From the NCBI RefSeq assembly GCF_028641065.1, contig NC_073385.1:45756001-45820000 (forward strand): 64,000 nt of DNA, given 5' to 3'. The translations under genes and the position numbers were made by a program. Below, in pieces: positions 12,830-25,850 of this stretch. How positions within the stretch are numbered: the first letter of the stretch is position 1; each line of letters opens with the position of its first letter. This DNA comes from Leucoraja erinacea (lineage: Eukaryota). The notes below the pieces were generated by a model. That model searched no databases. It worked only from the letters and a program-made list of their open reading frames with translations, and was not told the origin of the DNA.

Positions 12830-12855
12830 ATGAGCGAGGAGGCGAACCAGACCGA
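12830..12855 (+). CDS. SPRED1: SPRED1 coding exon 1 (MSEEANQT-D, phase 2)
   Basis: aagATGAGCGAGGAGGCGAACCAGACCGA|gtaag: ATG with A at -3, inside a CpG island, followed by a canonical donor. MSEE matches the SPRED1 N-terminus, and the GA|C split joins exon 2 in frame. Confidence 0.88.
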
Positions 12856-15509
12856 GTAAGAAAACGAGGCGGTCGGTCGGTCGGTCTAGGCAGGAATAGG
12901 CGCTAGGGGAGGGGATCGGCTCGTCTCCGCCACCGCCACCGAAGCGGGGCGACCATCCAGAAGCTGCCCGGATCTATGGAGGTCGCTCAGCCCCGGCATT
13001 AATGCTGAGGGAACGTTGGGGTTCACGCCCCTTACACCCAACACAACCCCCTCATCCTCGCTACCCCCCCCCCCCGAACCCATCTCTACCCCCGCCCCCC
13101 CCCCCCCCCCATCCTCTCTTTACCCCCGATCCTCTCTTTACCCCCCGATTCTTTCTCTATCCCCCGATCCCCCCTCGGTCCTCTCACTAACCCCATATCC
13201 CATCTCCACCCCCGATCCTCTCTCTAAACCCCCCCCCCCCCCCCCCCCCATCCATCCATCTCTTACCCCCCACCGATCCTTTACTCTCCACTGGACTTCT
13301 TTCTGCCCCCCCCCCCAATCCTAGTTCTACCCCCTCATTCCCTGCTCCACCCCCTCCCATCATTGTTATACCACCATTCATCACTATCCACATCCTCCCT
13401 CCCCCATATCCTACCTCGCTCTCCTCTTTCCTCGCCCTCCCTCCCTCCCTCCACTCTCGCCTTCCCTCCCTCTCACCACCTATCACTCCTGCTGCCCCTT
13501 CCTGTCACCCCGTGCTCACGCCACTCAATCCCGACCCCCCCCCCCCCCCCCCCCCAATTGCCTTTTTCCTCTTCTCTCCACCTTGCACCCCCCACCCCCC
13601 TGCTCAGCTATGAGTGTCGTCCATGGGAAGGGGTGGTTGTGTACAAGTCAAGGATTACGGGTGGCTTGGTTATGTGCGAGTGAGGGATATGTTTGGCCAG
13701 AGTGTACTGAAGTATACTTTCAAGAGGTTTATTTTGATCAGTTTTCTGATCTGAGGTGTTTGTGGAATGCCTGAGTTAGTGTGAGGTGTGAGGAGTGTGG
13801 ATAGCGTTCTCATGCTCTTAATTGAGGTCGAAGGTGCTTCCACTCTTTATTGAAATTGGCACATGATGTACCCGGGGGTTGGGCAGCCTTTTGTGTGTTT
13901 ATTTAAATAGTACCAGGCTGTGCGATTACTGCAGGCATGAAGATGCCTGCTTGGTGAGCTGGAATCTCTTTCGCGATCCTGCATCATTAGATTATATTTT
14001 CATATTAGTTCTCTTCCACTCGCCCCCGGTTGTTAAAATTGCCAAGATTTCCGCTGTGCAATGACCCACCAAAGCCCTGTTTTTTTTAAATCATTCTTTT
14101 CTGCTTTCCTCCTTTTCATTCACAAAAAAAGTACTGTAATATGTAATATGTAATTTCCCTTCTCTTCTCGAGTTTGTGGTAAAGGGGCCCATTTTAGGCG
14201 ATACATAAATTACTAACTGGCCTTGTCACATCCGTTACTGGTTGCAGTGGTATCATTTCGCAATCTCGGTTGTGGAGAATCGTGTGAAAGAAGAACAGTT
14301 TGCAAGCTACATTCATGAGAAATATTAGCTTGGGAGGTGCCTCTGTCACGTGATCATCCCATTCATAAAATACCTGTTGTCAGTGCACTGGCCAGCGTGC
14401 ACTGGCAGTGTGCAGTAAGATTAGTGACGGTACTGGGACATCTTTGGTCACCTTGTCTACTATTTTGAACAATTTAAGAATAACTGAGACGTTATATCTG
14501 TAAATTTAGATGTATGAATAGCTCTAGAGAGCATAAAAATATAAATTGAACATGAGTTTATAAAATTAAGCTTAAACAATCTACAAAATATGAAACCTAC
14601 AAAATATGAAACTAAATAATCTACAAAATATGAAAAATATGAAATATGAAAAATCCATTATGTGGCATGTATCCATTTCCTACAAATTTTGAAAAATCTT
14701 TATTTGGGGATTTTCTAAAGTGTTTTGTTATTTTCAGAATAGTCTTTTGTGAGCAAAATGACTGCTATCTTGTTTTCTTTCTTGTGTGTTAGCATTTCTT
14801 TCTGAAATTTAGCAACATTTCAGACAGTAAATGATCTTTGGGCAATATATCATGATCTGAGACTTCTGTTAGCAGGGCTAAGCAGCACAGAAAAATGAAA
14901 TGAATTGCGGTTATCCACTTATTTGTACCTGTCATTGTTGGTTGTGGTGGTGTGTTGAGATATTGTTATGATTTCAGTAAACCTGTGCAACGCATTCATT
15001 TGGATTTAAACTATAGCTGTGAACAATTTGCTTGTAGATTATGTTGCTCCAATTACACATAGCATTTGGTAAGAAAGTGATCTAATCTGTAGATAATAGT
15101 ATACATTTATCACATTAAAGGCCAGTGAGAGAGGTCTGAGCGCATGCATAGTTTCTTTTGTGAAGTAATACATTTTAAGGAACAGGGTATGCATCATGGA
15201 AGTGGTATGATTTCATTCAATTTCTGCTCCTCTGCTGTTAACTATTCTGTGAATGCATTTTAAAAGTCTATTCATCCAATGCTTGATGACATTCTTAGCT
15301 TAACAATTTGAATTTAGTTTATTGAAGAAATATTAGGAACAATTATTTTCAAAATCTTGGCTAACTGCACTCATTTAAAATGTTATGTATGTACTCACAG
15401 ACCACAAATGTGTTCATTTTGACTGCTGAAAGTGTATGATTTGTATGTGATTTATATTTGATACAGTGGTTTTTAAGTGTGTTGAAGTTCACAACTTACA
15501 CATTGTATC

Positions 15510-17422
15510 TGTAGATTGGTTATTGCATGTGAACCAATCAGAGTAGTGTAGCATCATTAATCCCACCTTACTGTACACTTTATATTAACACCCATTTTCT
15601 ACATTAAAACAGTCTTGGAAGCGGTATTGATGAACTAACAACCTGCTATACCGCTCTACTATATGTTATGATTAAAGATGATTTAAACTTCAGACCTGTG
15701 TTCATTATGTCATTTACATGGTGTCAGAAAGCGTGAAGTGACCCACTGCGTCCGTATATCGGGTTTTATTTGCGTTTTATCTGTATTGTCATGGCAAACT
15801 CATGCCACAAACCAGCGCAGCTCATCTTTGATTCAGACATCGGAGAACGATGGAGGCTCTTCGAGATCGACCACGAACACTACATCAACATCGTCCATCG
15901 AAATGACCCAGATGAGGTCAAAGCTTCGCTCCTACTAAACCTGGCGGGGCCAGAGGCTCTGATGACAGCGCAGACCTTTGACTTCGTTCTTGCCATTCTT
16001 GACGGTAACAGCCAGGTAGTTGTCCCAGCTGAAACTGTGCGTAACCCCAATGTCCTACTGTGTAAATTCTGTGAACTGTGTGACCTACCCTCTGACCGCA
16101 TCTTGGAAAGAGCAAAATTATTCGTGAGACAACAGCTTCCTGATGAACCTGTTGAACGATTTATCTGTGATTGAAATATATGGCTCAGCGATGCCGCTTC
16201 GGGGATATGTCTGATGAATTAATTCGAGACAAACTTGTCAGTGGCATGACTGATCAAAAGCTAAAGACTGAGCTACTACGGAATGCTGACCTAACCCTTG
16301 AACAAGCTGTGCATACCTGCCGCACGTCCGAGATCATGGCCCCACTGAGTGATCAGTTTTACACTCAGAAAAAGAGTATAAACTTGATGGGCGTCAACAA
16401 ACGAGCCACACCGACAGCTAACAGAAGATTTATGAATGAACCGCCGCAAACGGCTAATCTAGGTTTTATCAATGAACCGCCGCAAAGGTGTCCGAATTGT
16501 AACTATTTCCACAACAAGGGACGGATGTTCTGTCCACCGAACGGCAAGCCATGCAACTACTGCAAGAAGATGAACCATTTCGCCGTTTGTTGCTGGTCCC
16601 GTGGGAACAGAAATTCAAGCTCAGCGGCTAATCTGCATCTGCCGCAAAAAGACCAAACATTTTCAGAATCCCTATGAATGTGATGAGCTCACGGTTCTCA
16701 AGGTTGACTTTGTTCCCAAGGAACGCCTGCGTAGCCTGGCTGAACACACAGCCGTGGACGGCAATCTACAGCTGCTCTCATCCATTGTCAAAAGAGGCTG
16801 GCCAGACAAACAATACAGCACACCATTGGAGGTGCAGCCGTTCTTCCTAGTCTGTGATGAGGACGGTGTCATTGTCAAAGGTCACAAAGTCGTGATCCCA
16901 TCACCCCTGCCGTTTAAACCTTCTGCTGCTCCTGCTACCACTAGTCCCAGCGTGCACTCTCCGCCTCGGTCGGCTACCCCATCTAACAACGTTACCACTC
17001 CCGCATGCTCACCCCACCGGTCGCCTCAAGTGTCCCCAGCTGCTTTCTCCTTTTCGGGTTCACTGCCTCCCTCCCCCACTAACCTTTCTATTACGGAGGG
17101 AGAGGGTCTTGTCCGCACGCCTTCGGGTCGTATTAGTAGACCGCCTGACAGATACGGCGAGTACGTATAAATCCGTGTGTTTAACATTTGTCCCTAACTA
17201 TCTTTTCTCTTTATGGAGAAGGATGTAGATTGGTTATTGCATGTGAACCAATCATAGTAGTGTAGCATCATTAACCCAACTTACTGTACACTTTATATTA
17301 ACACCCATTTCGTACATTAAGTAGTCTTGGAAGCGGTAGTGATGAACTAACAACCTGCTGTTCCGCTCTACTATATGTTATGATTAAAGATGATTTTAAC
17401 TTCAGACCTGTGTTCATTTACA
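15510..17422 (+). mobile_element. Internally deleted Gypsy LTR retrotransposon with both LTRs
   Basis: TG...CA LTRs at 15510-15718 and 17224-17422; 5-bp TSD gtatc; PBS tggtgtcagaa (tRNA-Leu-like); PPT ggagaagga. Confidence 0.93.
15790..16677 (+). pseudogene. Gypsy gag (frameshift near 16171) with C-terminal Cys/His knuckle region
   Basis: WRLFE...ASLLLNLAGPEAL, CRFGDMSDELIRDKLVSG, LTLEQAV, CNYCKKMNHFAVCC. Confidence 0.82.
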
Positions 17423-20400
17423 GTATCTAAAACACCCTGTCAAATTAGTTAATTTCTTGGATTTAAACATGTATTTTAAAAAGTACCACTCTCCTCAGGT
17501 ACCAGCTGTCGTGAAATTGAATCAAATGGTTACTGCAGTTCAAAACCACTTCCCCGATACCAGATGAATTTGCCCAAATGTTACATAGGATATCCGCTTT
17601 GTGCTTAACTTTACAGTTAGTTTTTCCATGAACGTACCAACACATGCTGAAGGCTAACTGTTCACAGCTGCTGGAAAAACTGAGCAGACATATTGTCATT
17701 AGCTTTTTGTTGTCCGCTAACTTCCATACTTGAGGATAGTCAAAGATGAACATCAGAGAGACAAATAATTGAGATTCCAGTCACATTTAAAAATATTAGT
17801 TGCAATACAGCTTTGAAAATGTGCCAAATAGAGGTTTGTTTCTGCTGGTGCAGCATAGCAACAAGGCTTCATTTTAATATTATTTTCTTAAAAACTGTAG
17901 TATGACTCATGCCCACAAATAACTCTCTTCTCCAATTTATAGTATTAGCAATTTTAGTTTTCTAAGTTAGTTCCCATGGCCTAGCTTTTCAGTCCTTTGT
18001 TGTCCTTCCTGCTGACATATAGTTCAGAGGCAGCCCATGTTTATCCAAATTATAGGTAGACACGAAATGCTGGAGTAACTCAGCGGGACCAGGAGCATGT
18101 CACTTTAATTTACTTTAAATTTCCTTATGCGTGGTTTTAAAATGGTTTAAAACATATTTACACAAAGCCCATTTGTAAATTTCTAAACATTTGGATTTTA
18201 AAACTATTACTTGTTTGCTCCTGTAAGCAGTGAAATAATTTTATTCAGAAAATCTTTAAAACATGTCTTTTGGTACATTTTTTTGGATGTTTCAAATAGA
18301 TTTTTGAAATGGCAGCCATGAGGCTAACTGGAGTTTTAGTCGTGCCTCAGAGGTATCAGAGTTTTTATTGTCCCTATTTTGGAGAGATTAGTTTTTCTCT
18401 TCTGTCACTTCCCATCGATTCCATCTCACTTCCTCTACAAATTTGAATCTTCTCCCCATCCATCAATACTAAAGTCAGTGCCCCCATGAATTGAAAAATG
18501 TATTTATGGAATTTGAATACTGGAAGGTTTTTTTTGTGATAACAAATAAGTTATTCTGCATGGTTTTCACAAAATGCTGCTCTCTTTGCAAGATACTTGT
18601 TGATGCTTTCATCTCCTAATGAAAGTAAATTATACATATTGTTTCTTAATGTTCCATTCTTTTGAAACAAATGGACATATGCTATGTGATCACTTATTTA
18701 TATAATGTGTGGCTGGCATCTTTCCTGAAACTTCATTTACAAAGATAATGCAAAGCTGCAATATTAGGTTATTTGTCAATGTAAATAGAATTATATATAC
18801 AGTCGCAAAATGTTGGAAATGCACTAGGCCATCTTTTAGGGAACAACTCCAAAAATGTGGGAAGCTGATATTTGCCAATTTAAAAGTTAATCAATATTTA
18901 CTTGCCATGAATAATGAAGAAACTGTATTTGGAGAACAAATTTGATATATTTTTATGTTGTTGAAATATTCTAACATCTGTGGTTGCTCAGTTACTCAAT
19001 CAGCAATGACATTATTCTATTTTTTTCATGTAATGTGTAAAATAATAAGGTCTTAGGAGCTGTTCTTCAAGAAACCATTATCATGATAATGTTCTAATGA
19101 AGGGTCTTTGCTGTGAAATGTTTAAATTATTTCTTTTTTCATAGATGTAGTCTGTTGTGTTTCCGCATTTTCTGGTTTTATTTCAGATTCCCAGCATCTG
19201 CAGCTTTTGATTTTTTGCAATTTTTGTGATACTCTTAACATTTTTAACTTGATCATTGAAGGCGGCATGCTGATAATCCTTTTACATTAAATATCTGTTG
19301 TGTGTTCTTAAGGTTATGCTACCTCTAATTTGATTCAAGTTGTGTAAAATGACTGTTATGGTGTAGTAATATCAAAAGACAATCTTTGGGTTAACTGTTT
19401 TAGATGCTTATGGCATTTAGGTTCTAATTTTTATTTTGTGCGTAGGAATTGTAGGTGCAGGTTGTGCAGTGTTCAGGGATTGGTTTTGTGCAGTGACTGA
19501 TATTCTATACTTGGGGGAAGAAAACAACGTGGTTTACTGGTTTAATATTATTTTGGTGGTTTAATATACAGATTTTTTTTTTAAATCAGAAAACAATTGC
19601 AGATTAGAATTTGTCACATGGTATCCTAATCTCCAAAGTGAGAAAGTCACTTATTTGACCCTGGTGATTTGGCAGCTGTGAATATAAATTAGTTTATGCC
19701 TAACCCTTGTTAAGAAACTGTCATGGGGCATAACTTTTCAAAACTATGCTAGTCATTTTAGGGAGTTTGTGATACCTCTAAAAATGTAAAAGGTTTCAAA
19801 AAAGTGAAGATTGTACATTAACATGTAGAGCTATGTGTCCAGGTACAAACTGTTTATCTGAAAACAAAATACATTGTCTTGGGAGTGTTACAACATTTGG
19901 AAAGTTTACATTCAAGAACAACGTTTTTATGAATTAAAAATGATGTTCTCAAACAAGGAAATGTTCTCAAACAAGGCCTGGGCATTTGACCAGCGAGACA
20001 AGATTTTTGAGAAAAGGCAGATGTGTTCAGATTGCAGTTAAAGCTAATGGGATGTAGACGACCTTGGGCATGGAACCAAAGGAAGAAATGGATGCATATG
20101 ATACTGGAGTATTAAGAGTTGTGGTGGTGTATTTAGGCTAGGGACGTGGAGTGGGATTGAGAAGAATTAAAAGACTAGTGATGGTTAAGAATGGGGAGCA
20201 CGAGCCTGTGGAATGATTTAACAATGCTCTGGTATTCCCTGGGAAACGTCTTCTCATTTTGCATTGTACAACTGTTGCTTTGCAAGATGACAATAAAGTT
20301 GATTGATTGATTGATTGATTAAAGATTTATTAATTTGAGGCGATGGGGCTAATAGATTACAGGGCACCAGTATGGATCATTCAAAAGGTTTTAGATTAAA

Positions 20401-20564
20401 TTGAGGAAAAAGGAAATCATTGGCATATTTGGACTTTGAACTTTGGATATGCTGAGGTATGGATATGGTAAGTAAATGAGCTGCAATGGAAAATATTGGG
20501 TGTTGGAAAGTCTGCTCATAGTGGATCATTACTAATTTGGTTTGGCTCGTATACGGTTTAGAAA

Positions 20565-20760
20565 TGCAGCATGGATTAAGGCTCCTTGGCCACAGAGTCC
20601 ACACTGACCATCGATCGCCCACCCACACTAGTTCTAGGTTATCCACTTTCTCATCCATTCTCGACACAGGAGGTGCAATTTACAGAGGTGTTTGAACTAC
20701 AACACCGCAAGTCTTTAAGGTATGGGAAGAAACTGGTGAACTTACAAACTCCACATAGTG
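20565..20760 (-). mobile_element. V-SINE/HE1 3' fragment
   Basis: Reverse complement resembles the SINE body and tail (acagagtccacactgaccatcgatcgccc...ctagttct). Confidence 0.5.
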
Positions 20761-21139
20761 TTAGCCTTGCACACAGCGGTTGCGAAAAATAATGTATAGG
20801 TGGTAAAGAGTGAGTAACACAAAATTAGGACCTTGACGTGCTCCAAAAATAGTGAAACAATGGAAATCAATTGTTGGGCTGTTCTTGGGAAGATAAAAGA
20901 ATTAAGAATGAAACAAAGACCATGTCATTGTGTAACAGACGGCAGATCGTGTGGTTGAATGTCAAAAGGAATTTGCAAGTTAGAGGAGATAATGCATTGC
21001 ATTATATTTGGTTATTTACAAATGTGGGACTATTACAACTTTTGTGGGTTTGATCGAAACTAAAAATGGATTTAAACTGAATGAAAGAGAAAGGTGCTTG
21101 AGCAACAGCAGGTCATGCTGTATCTCTGCAGAAAATGGA

Positions 21140-21305
21140 TGGTGATCTTATAGGGGTGTATAGAATCATGAGAGGAATAGATCGGGTAGATGCACAGAGT
21201 CTTGCCCAGAGTAGGTGAATCGAGGACAGAGGACATAGGTTTAAGGTGAAGGGGAAAAGATTTAATAGGAATCTTAGGGGTAACTTTTTTCACACAAATT
21301 GTGGT
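21140..21305 (+). mobile_element. CR1 3' fragment
   Basis: ggtgatcttatagggg...acagaggacataggtttaaggtg...ttttttcacaca. Confidence 0.75.
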
Positions 21306-21309
21306 GGGC

Positions 21310-21550
21310 GTATGCTTGACCTCATACCGCTGGGGTGTAAACTACCCAAGCAAAATATGAGGTGCTGTTCCTCCAATTTGCGGTGGGCCGCACTCTGGCC
21401 ATGGAGGAGGCCCAGGACAGAAAGTTCGGATTCGGAATGGGAGGGGGAGTTGAAGTGCTGAGTCACCGGGAGATCAGGTTTGTTATTGCAAACTAAGTGG
21501 AGGTGTTGTGTGAAGCGATCGCCAAGCCTGAGCTTGGTCTCACCGAGGTT
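21310..21550 (-). mobile_element. Penelope-like GIY-YIG fragment
   Basis: GETKLRLGDRFTQH...PDLPVTQHFNSPSH...KLEEQHLIFCLGSLHPSGM. Confidence 0.85.
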
Positions 21551-21917
21551 GATCATGCGCTGAATAATCCAACCAGATTTTTGTTTGGAAGTAGAAAGAG
21601 ATAATAGAAATTGCATTCATTGCAACGTGTAAAAAGAGATGATACTGTATTGTAATTTTGCTGCATGTCATTGTGGTATATATCATGTCTTGATTGGTGA
21701 ATATGTTTAGTTTGCGACTTTATTTGAAGCAGAAATAATATGTGAATGCTTCATTGACCACAATTCCGACTGGTAACTACGCACTTCGTCCAAGCACATT
21801 ATCGCACGCGTCATGGAAGCCATCTTAAATGACCACCTAAACTGTAATTTTGCAACCTAAAAAGCTGCCGAGGTTGCTCGGCTGGCAAAAGGGAACAAAA
21901 GTTAAGTTAGAGCCCTG
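21551..21917 (-). mobile_element. End of a hAT-like DNA element; inverted copy of 34207-34560
   Basis: Ends ...ttaagttagagccctg; ~360 bp reverse-complement match to 34207-34560. Confidence 0.7.
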
Positions 21918-22610
21918 TGTATCACTCGATGACTCTATGTTTCGGATTGGAACCCATATTCGGACTGAGAAAGGATGTTGGATACAGCCAGTGATTATTT
22001 GCAAGTGCAGAGGTTGATAATAGTGTTGAGCAGAGTGGGTGATTGCTAACTATGGTCATAGAATTTGCGCAAAACGTTTACAGTTGCATCTTCCTTACCC
22101 ATTGGATATTTTCCCTGGATCCATGTGTTAGCATGGGCGTTGTGGGCCAAAGGGCCCTTTTCGGCGCTATACACATATCTGACTATTCCGATTACTTTTA
22201 GAATAAATAAATAATTTATAAATGAACTGCGTTGATGTTTGGGAGATAGTCCCATAGTCTGAATTTTAGCGCAATTTAACTATAAGCATGATTGAACAAG
22301 CAAGCTATTTGCTATATGGATTCTTCTGTAATAAAGGTTGTTTTTAACTGGTTGCTGTATTTTTAGGGAAACTTTAATTATACGAAAGTGTAATTTACCT
22401 ACGCCTTACAACACGTAAAATTATGTGCTTCAAAAGAAAATTGGCGCGGCGGGCGAGCTGGGCCTTCCAGGCGGATCCTCAGTCCGCGTTGGGCTAGTCC
22501 CCTGTCTGCGGTGGGCGAGCCCGGCCTTCCGTGTGGGTTCTGGTCTGTGGCGCGGGTCCGGCCTGCCAGGTGTGTCCTCCGGCAGGCGAGCCTGGCTTTC
22601 CAGGCAGGTC

Positions 22611-23605
22611 AATAGACAGTAGACAATAGGTGCAGGAGTACGTCATTCGCCTCTACGAGCCAGCACCGCCATTCAATGTGATCATTGCTGATCATCACCA
22701 ATCAATACCCCGTTCCTGCCTTCTCCCCATTTCCCCTGACTCTGCTATCATTAAGAACCCTATCTTGAAAGTATCCAGGGAACCGGCCTCAACCATCCCC
22801 TGAGGCAGAGAATTCCACAGACTCACAACTCTGTGTGGAAAAAGTGTTTCCTCATCTCCCTTACCCCTTATTCTTAAACTGTGGCCCCTGGTTCCAACAT
22901 CAGGAATACGTTTCCTGCCTCTAGTGTGTCCAAACCCTTAATAATCTTATATGCTTCAATAAGATGCCCTCTCATCCTTCTAAATTCCAGAGTATACAAG
23001 TCCAGCTGCTCCATTCTCTCAGCATATGACAGCCCTGCCATCCTGGGAATTAACCTTGTAAATCTACGCTGCACTCCCTCAATAGCAAGAATATCCCTCA
23101 AATTAGGGGACCAAAACTGCACACAATACTCCAGGTGTGGTCTCACTAGGGCCTTGTACAACTGCAGAAGGACCTCTTTGCTCCTATATTCAACTGCTCT
23201 TGTTATGAAGGCCAACATGTCATTCGCTTTCTTTACTGCCTGCTGTACCTGCATGCTTACTTTCATTGTCTGATGAACAAGGACCCCCAGAACCCGTTGT
23301 ACTTCCCCTTTTCCTAACTTGACAACATTTAGATAATAATCTGCCTTTCTGTTTTTGCTATCAAAGTGGATAACCTCACATTTATCCACATTAAACTGCA
23401 TCTGCCATGCATCTGCCCACTCACTCGACCTGTCCAAGTCACCCTGCATTCTCATAGCATCCTCAAAGTTCACACTGCAACCCAGCTTTGTGTCATCTGC
23501 AAATTTGCTAATGTTACTTTGAATCCCTTCATCTAAATAATTGATGTATATTGTAAATACCGAGCCTTACGGTACCCACTAGTCACTGCCAGTCATTCTG
23601 AAAGG
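22611..23605 (-). mobile_element. CR1-type LINE 3' fragment (RT C-terminus)
   Basis: SKFADDTKL, WQMQFNVDKCEVIHF, LVRPHLEYCVQFWSP; tail ctattg repeats; possible TSD gg(c/a)aggtc. Confidence 0.93.
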
Positions 23606-23734
23606 AAGGTCCTCCTTCCGTGGTCCTCAGTGGACGAGCTGGACCTTCTGGGTGGGTTCTCGATCTTCTGTCTTTGGCGGACAGTCCAGGCCTGCTAGTG
23701 GATCTGGCCATGTGTTGGATATGGAGGCATCCAT

Positions 23735-24035
23735 CCTCCTCATACCTACCCATTTATCATGAACACCAGACCATCATCTTCCTGACTGTTACCAGTCTCA
23801 TCACCTCTGGCGATCTGCTCTCCATTGCCTCCAAATATGTATCCGCTTCTATCTCTTTCGCACAATCCACTGAGAGGACTGCCCTGTGTTGGAAGGAACT
23901 GCAGATGCTGGTTTAAACGAAAGATAGACATAAAATGCTGGAATAACTCAGAGGGACGGGCAGCATCTCTGGAGAGAAGGAATGGATGATATTTCGGGTC
24001 AAGACCCTTCTTCAGAACTGCCCTGGCAGACCAAT
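23735..24035. mobile_element. Penelope RT fragment (+) interrupted by an inverted Penelope tail (-, 23888-24016)
   Basis: Duplication actgccctg flanks the minus-strand tail. Confidence 0.6.
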
Positions 24036-24437
24036 TATTTGTTTTTACTTTTTTGTAAAGGAGCAACTGCAGGTCCTTGTTTATCCATAGATAGGAGGGA
24101 TGATGTCCCCTGTTCCACAACCTGTTTAGCTTCTCATTCCCTCTTCTGTTTCTCTTAACTTGAGAGTTTGCATGCTTTTTAAGTTGCTTAAATCTTGAAC
24201 AAAAATATGGATGTCTGTATTTAGTTAATGTAATTATATTGGAAAATAGAATGTTTTGAAATTTCCAGCAATTCATTCATGATTTTGGATAAAAATATCA
24301 TGGTCATTTTTGTGAGAGAATGTCAGCACTTAAAAAAATATATTTTAAGTCATATATTAGAATGCATAGTCTTTTATTCAGCAGATATGTATTCAGCAGA
24401 TATATTTAGTTGTGAGTTTCACTTCATAATTGTTATA

Positions 24438-25050
24438 CAGGTGCACAACCTATTATCCGATAGCCTTGGGAGCAGACACTTCTCGGATTTCGGAATTTTT
24501 CGGATTTCCGAATGGACGATTTTTAGCGTAGATTAGGTAGGTAGCGCGGGCGGCTTGAAAAGTCTGGAGCAGCTGCCTCCTCCCCGGAGACCGGGGAATC
24601 ATTGTAAATCATTGCTTAAATGTTAGTTAGTTTGGAGGGATTTTATGTGGCGGGGGGGGGGGGGGGGGCTGAAGGGGGAAAATTCTTAGTCCCCTACCTG
24701 GTCGGAGAGCGGGGAGCGGGCAATGCCTACCGGGTCGCCGTGCAGTAAGCTCCGGAGCGCTGTGGGCGCCGACTCCCAACATCGCGGAGCTGGGGGCTGC
24801 GGGCGTCCGGCCGTGGGCAGCGCCGGTTGGAGCTCCGACCCCGGCAACTCTACCCCTGGCTGCGCGGCGCTCCAAGTCCAGCGCCACCAGCGGCCGAACG
24901 GCCGCAGCCCCAGCTCCGCGATGTTGGGAGTCGGCGGCGTCGCAGCGCTGGGATACCAGCGGGGAGCGGGCAATGCCTTACCGGGTTGCCGTGCGGTAAG
25001 CTCCGGAGCGCTGTGGCCGCCGACACACAACATCGCGGAGCTGAATACCA
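24438..25050 (+). mobile_element. Truncated non-autonomous Tc1/mariner-type TIR element, same family as 58589-60144
   Basis: TA|caggtgcacaacct...agcgtagatt matches the inverted end at 60050-60144; internal ~85-bp direct repeats at 24708-24792 and 24958-25043. Confidence 0.7.
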
Positions 25051-25189
25051 ATGGGGGGGAAGTAGGTTCAACATGATTTTGGAAAGCATTTTGAATAATT
25101 TGATAGGTCCCTGTGGCCATGATTTGCTATTGGAATAAATATCTGTGATTTCTAAACCACTGAAAAAGCATAACATAGAAATGAATAGG

Positions 25190-25850
25190 TAGGAAAGAAC
25201 TGCAGATGCTGGTTTAAATCGAAGGTAGATACAAAATGCTGGAGTAACTCAGGACAGGCAGCATCTCTGGAGAGAAGGAATGGGTGATGTTTCGGGTCGA
25301 GATCCTTCTTCAGGCTGATGTCAGGGGAGTGGGCGGGACAGAGATAAAATCGGATACAGTAACATTGGTGGGATAACTGGGAACGGGGAGGGGATAGAGA
25401 GAGAGGGAAAGCAAGGGCTATTTGAATTTAGAGAAGTCAATGTTCATACTGCTGGGGTGTAAGCTACTCAAGCGAAATATGAGGTGCTGTTCCTCCAATT
25501 TGCACTGGGCTTCACTCTGATAATGGAGAAGGCCCAGGACAGAAAGATCAGATTGGGAATGGGAGAGGGAGTTAAAGTGCTGAGCAACTGGGAGATCAGG
25601 TAGGTTAAGGTGGACTGAGCGGAGGTGTTCCGCGAAACAAATGCAGAGCCTGCACTTGGTCTTGCCGATGTACAGAAGTTGACACCTGGAACAGCGGATA
25701 CAGTAGATGAGTTTGGAGGAGGTTCAAGTGAACCTCTGCCTCACCTGAAAAGACTGTCGGGGTCCTTGAATGGAGTCGTGGGGGAAGATAAAGGGACAGG
25801 TGTTGTATCTCCTGTGGTTACAGGGGAAAGTACCTGGGGAGGGGGTGGGA
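25190..25850 (-). mobile_element. Penelope-like 3' fragment (GIY-YIG + tail)
   Basis: Reverse complement of the 49050-49760 type sequence. Confidence 0.85.

Larger units (their letters stand above)
11980..13100 (+). promoter_or_regulatory. CpG island / GC-rich promoter and 5' UTR of SPRED1
   Basis: Dense CpG, long C runs and GC-box-like motifs around exon 1, against an AT-rich background. Confidence 0.8.

Noticed and set aside
12203-13683. Proline-rich or glycine-rich ORFs (formin/extensin-like)
   Set aside because: They arise from poly-C runs in the CpG island and are open in several frames on both strands.
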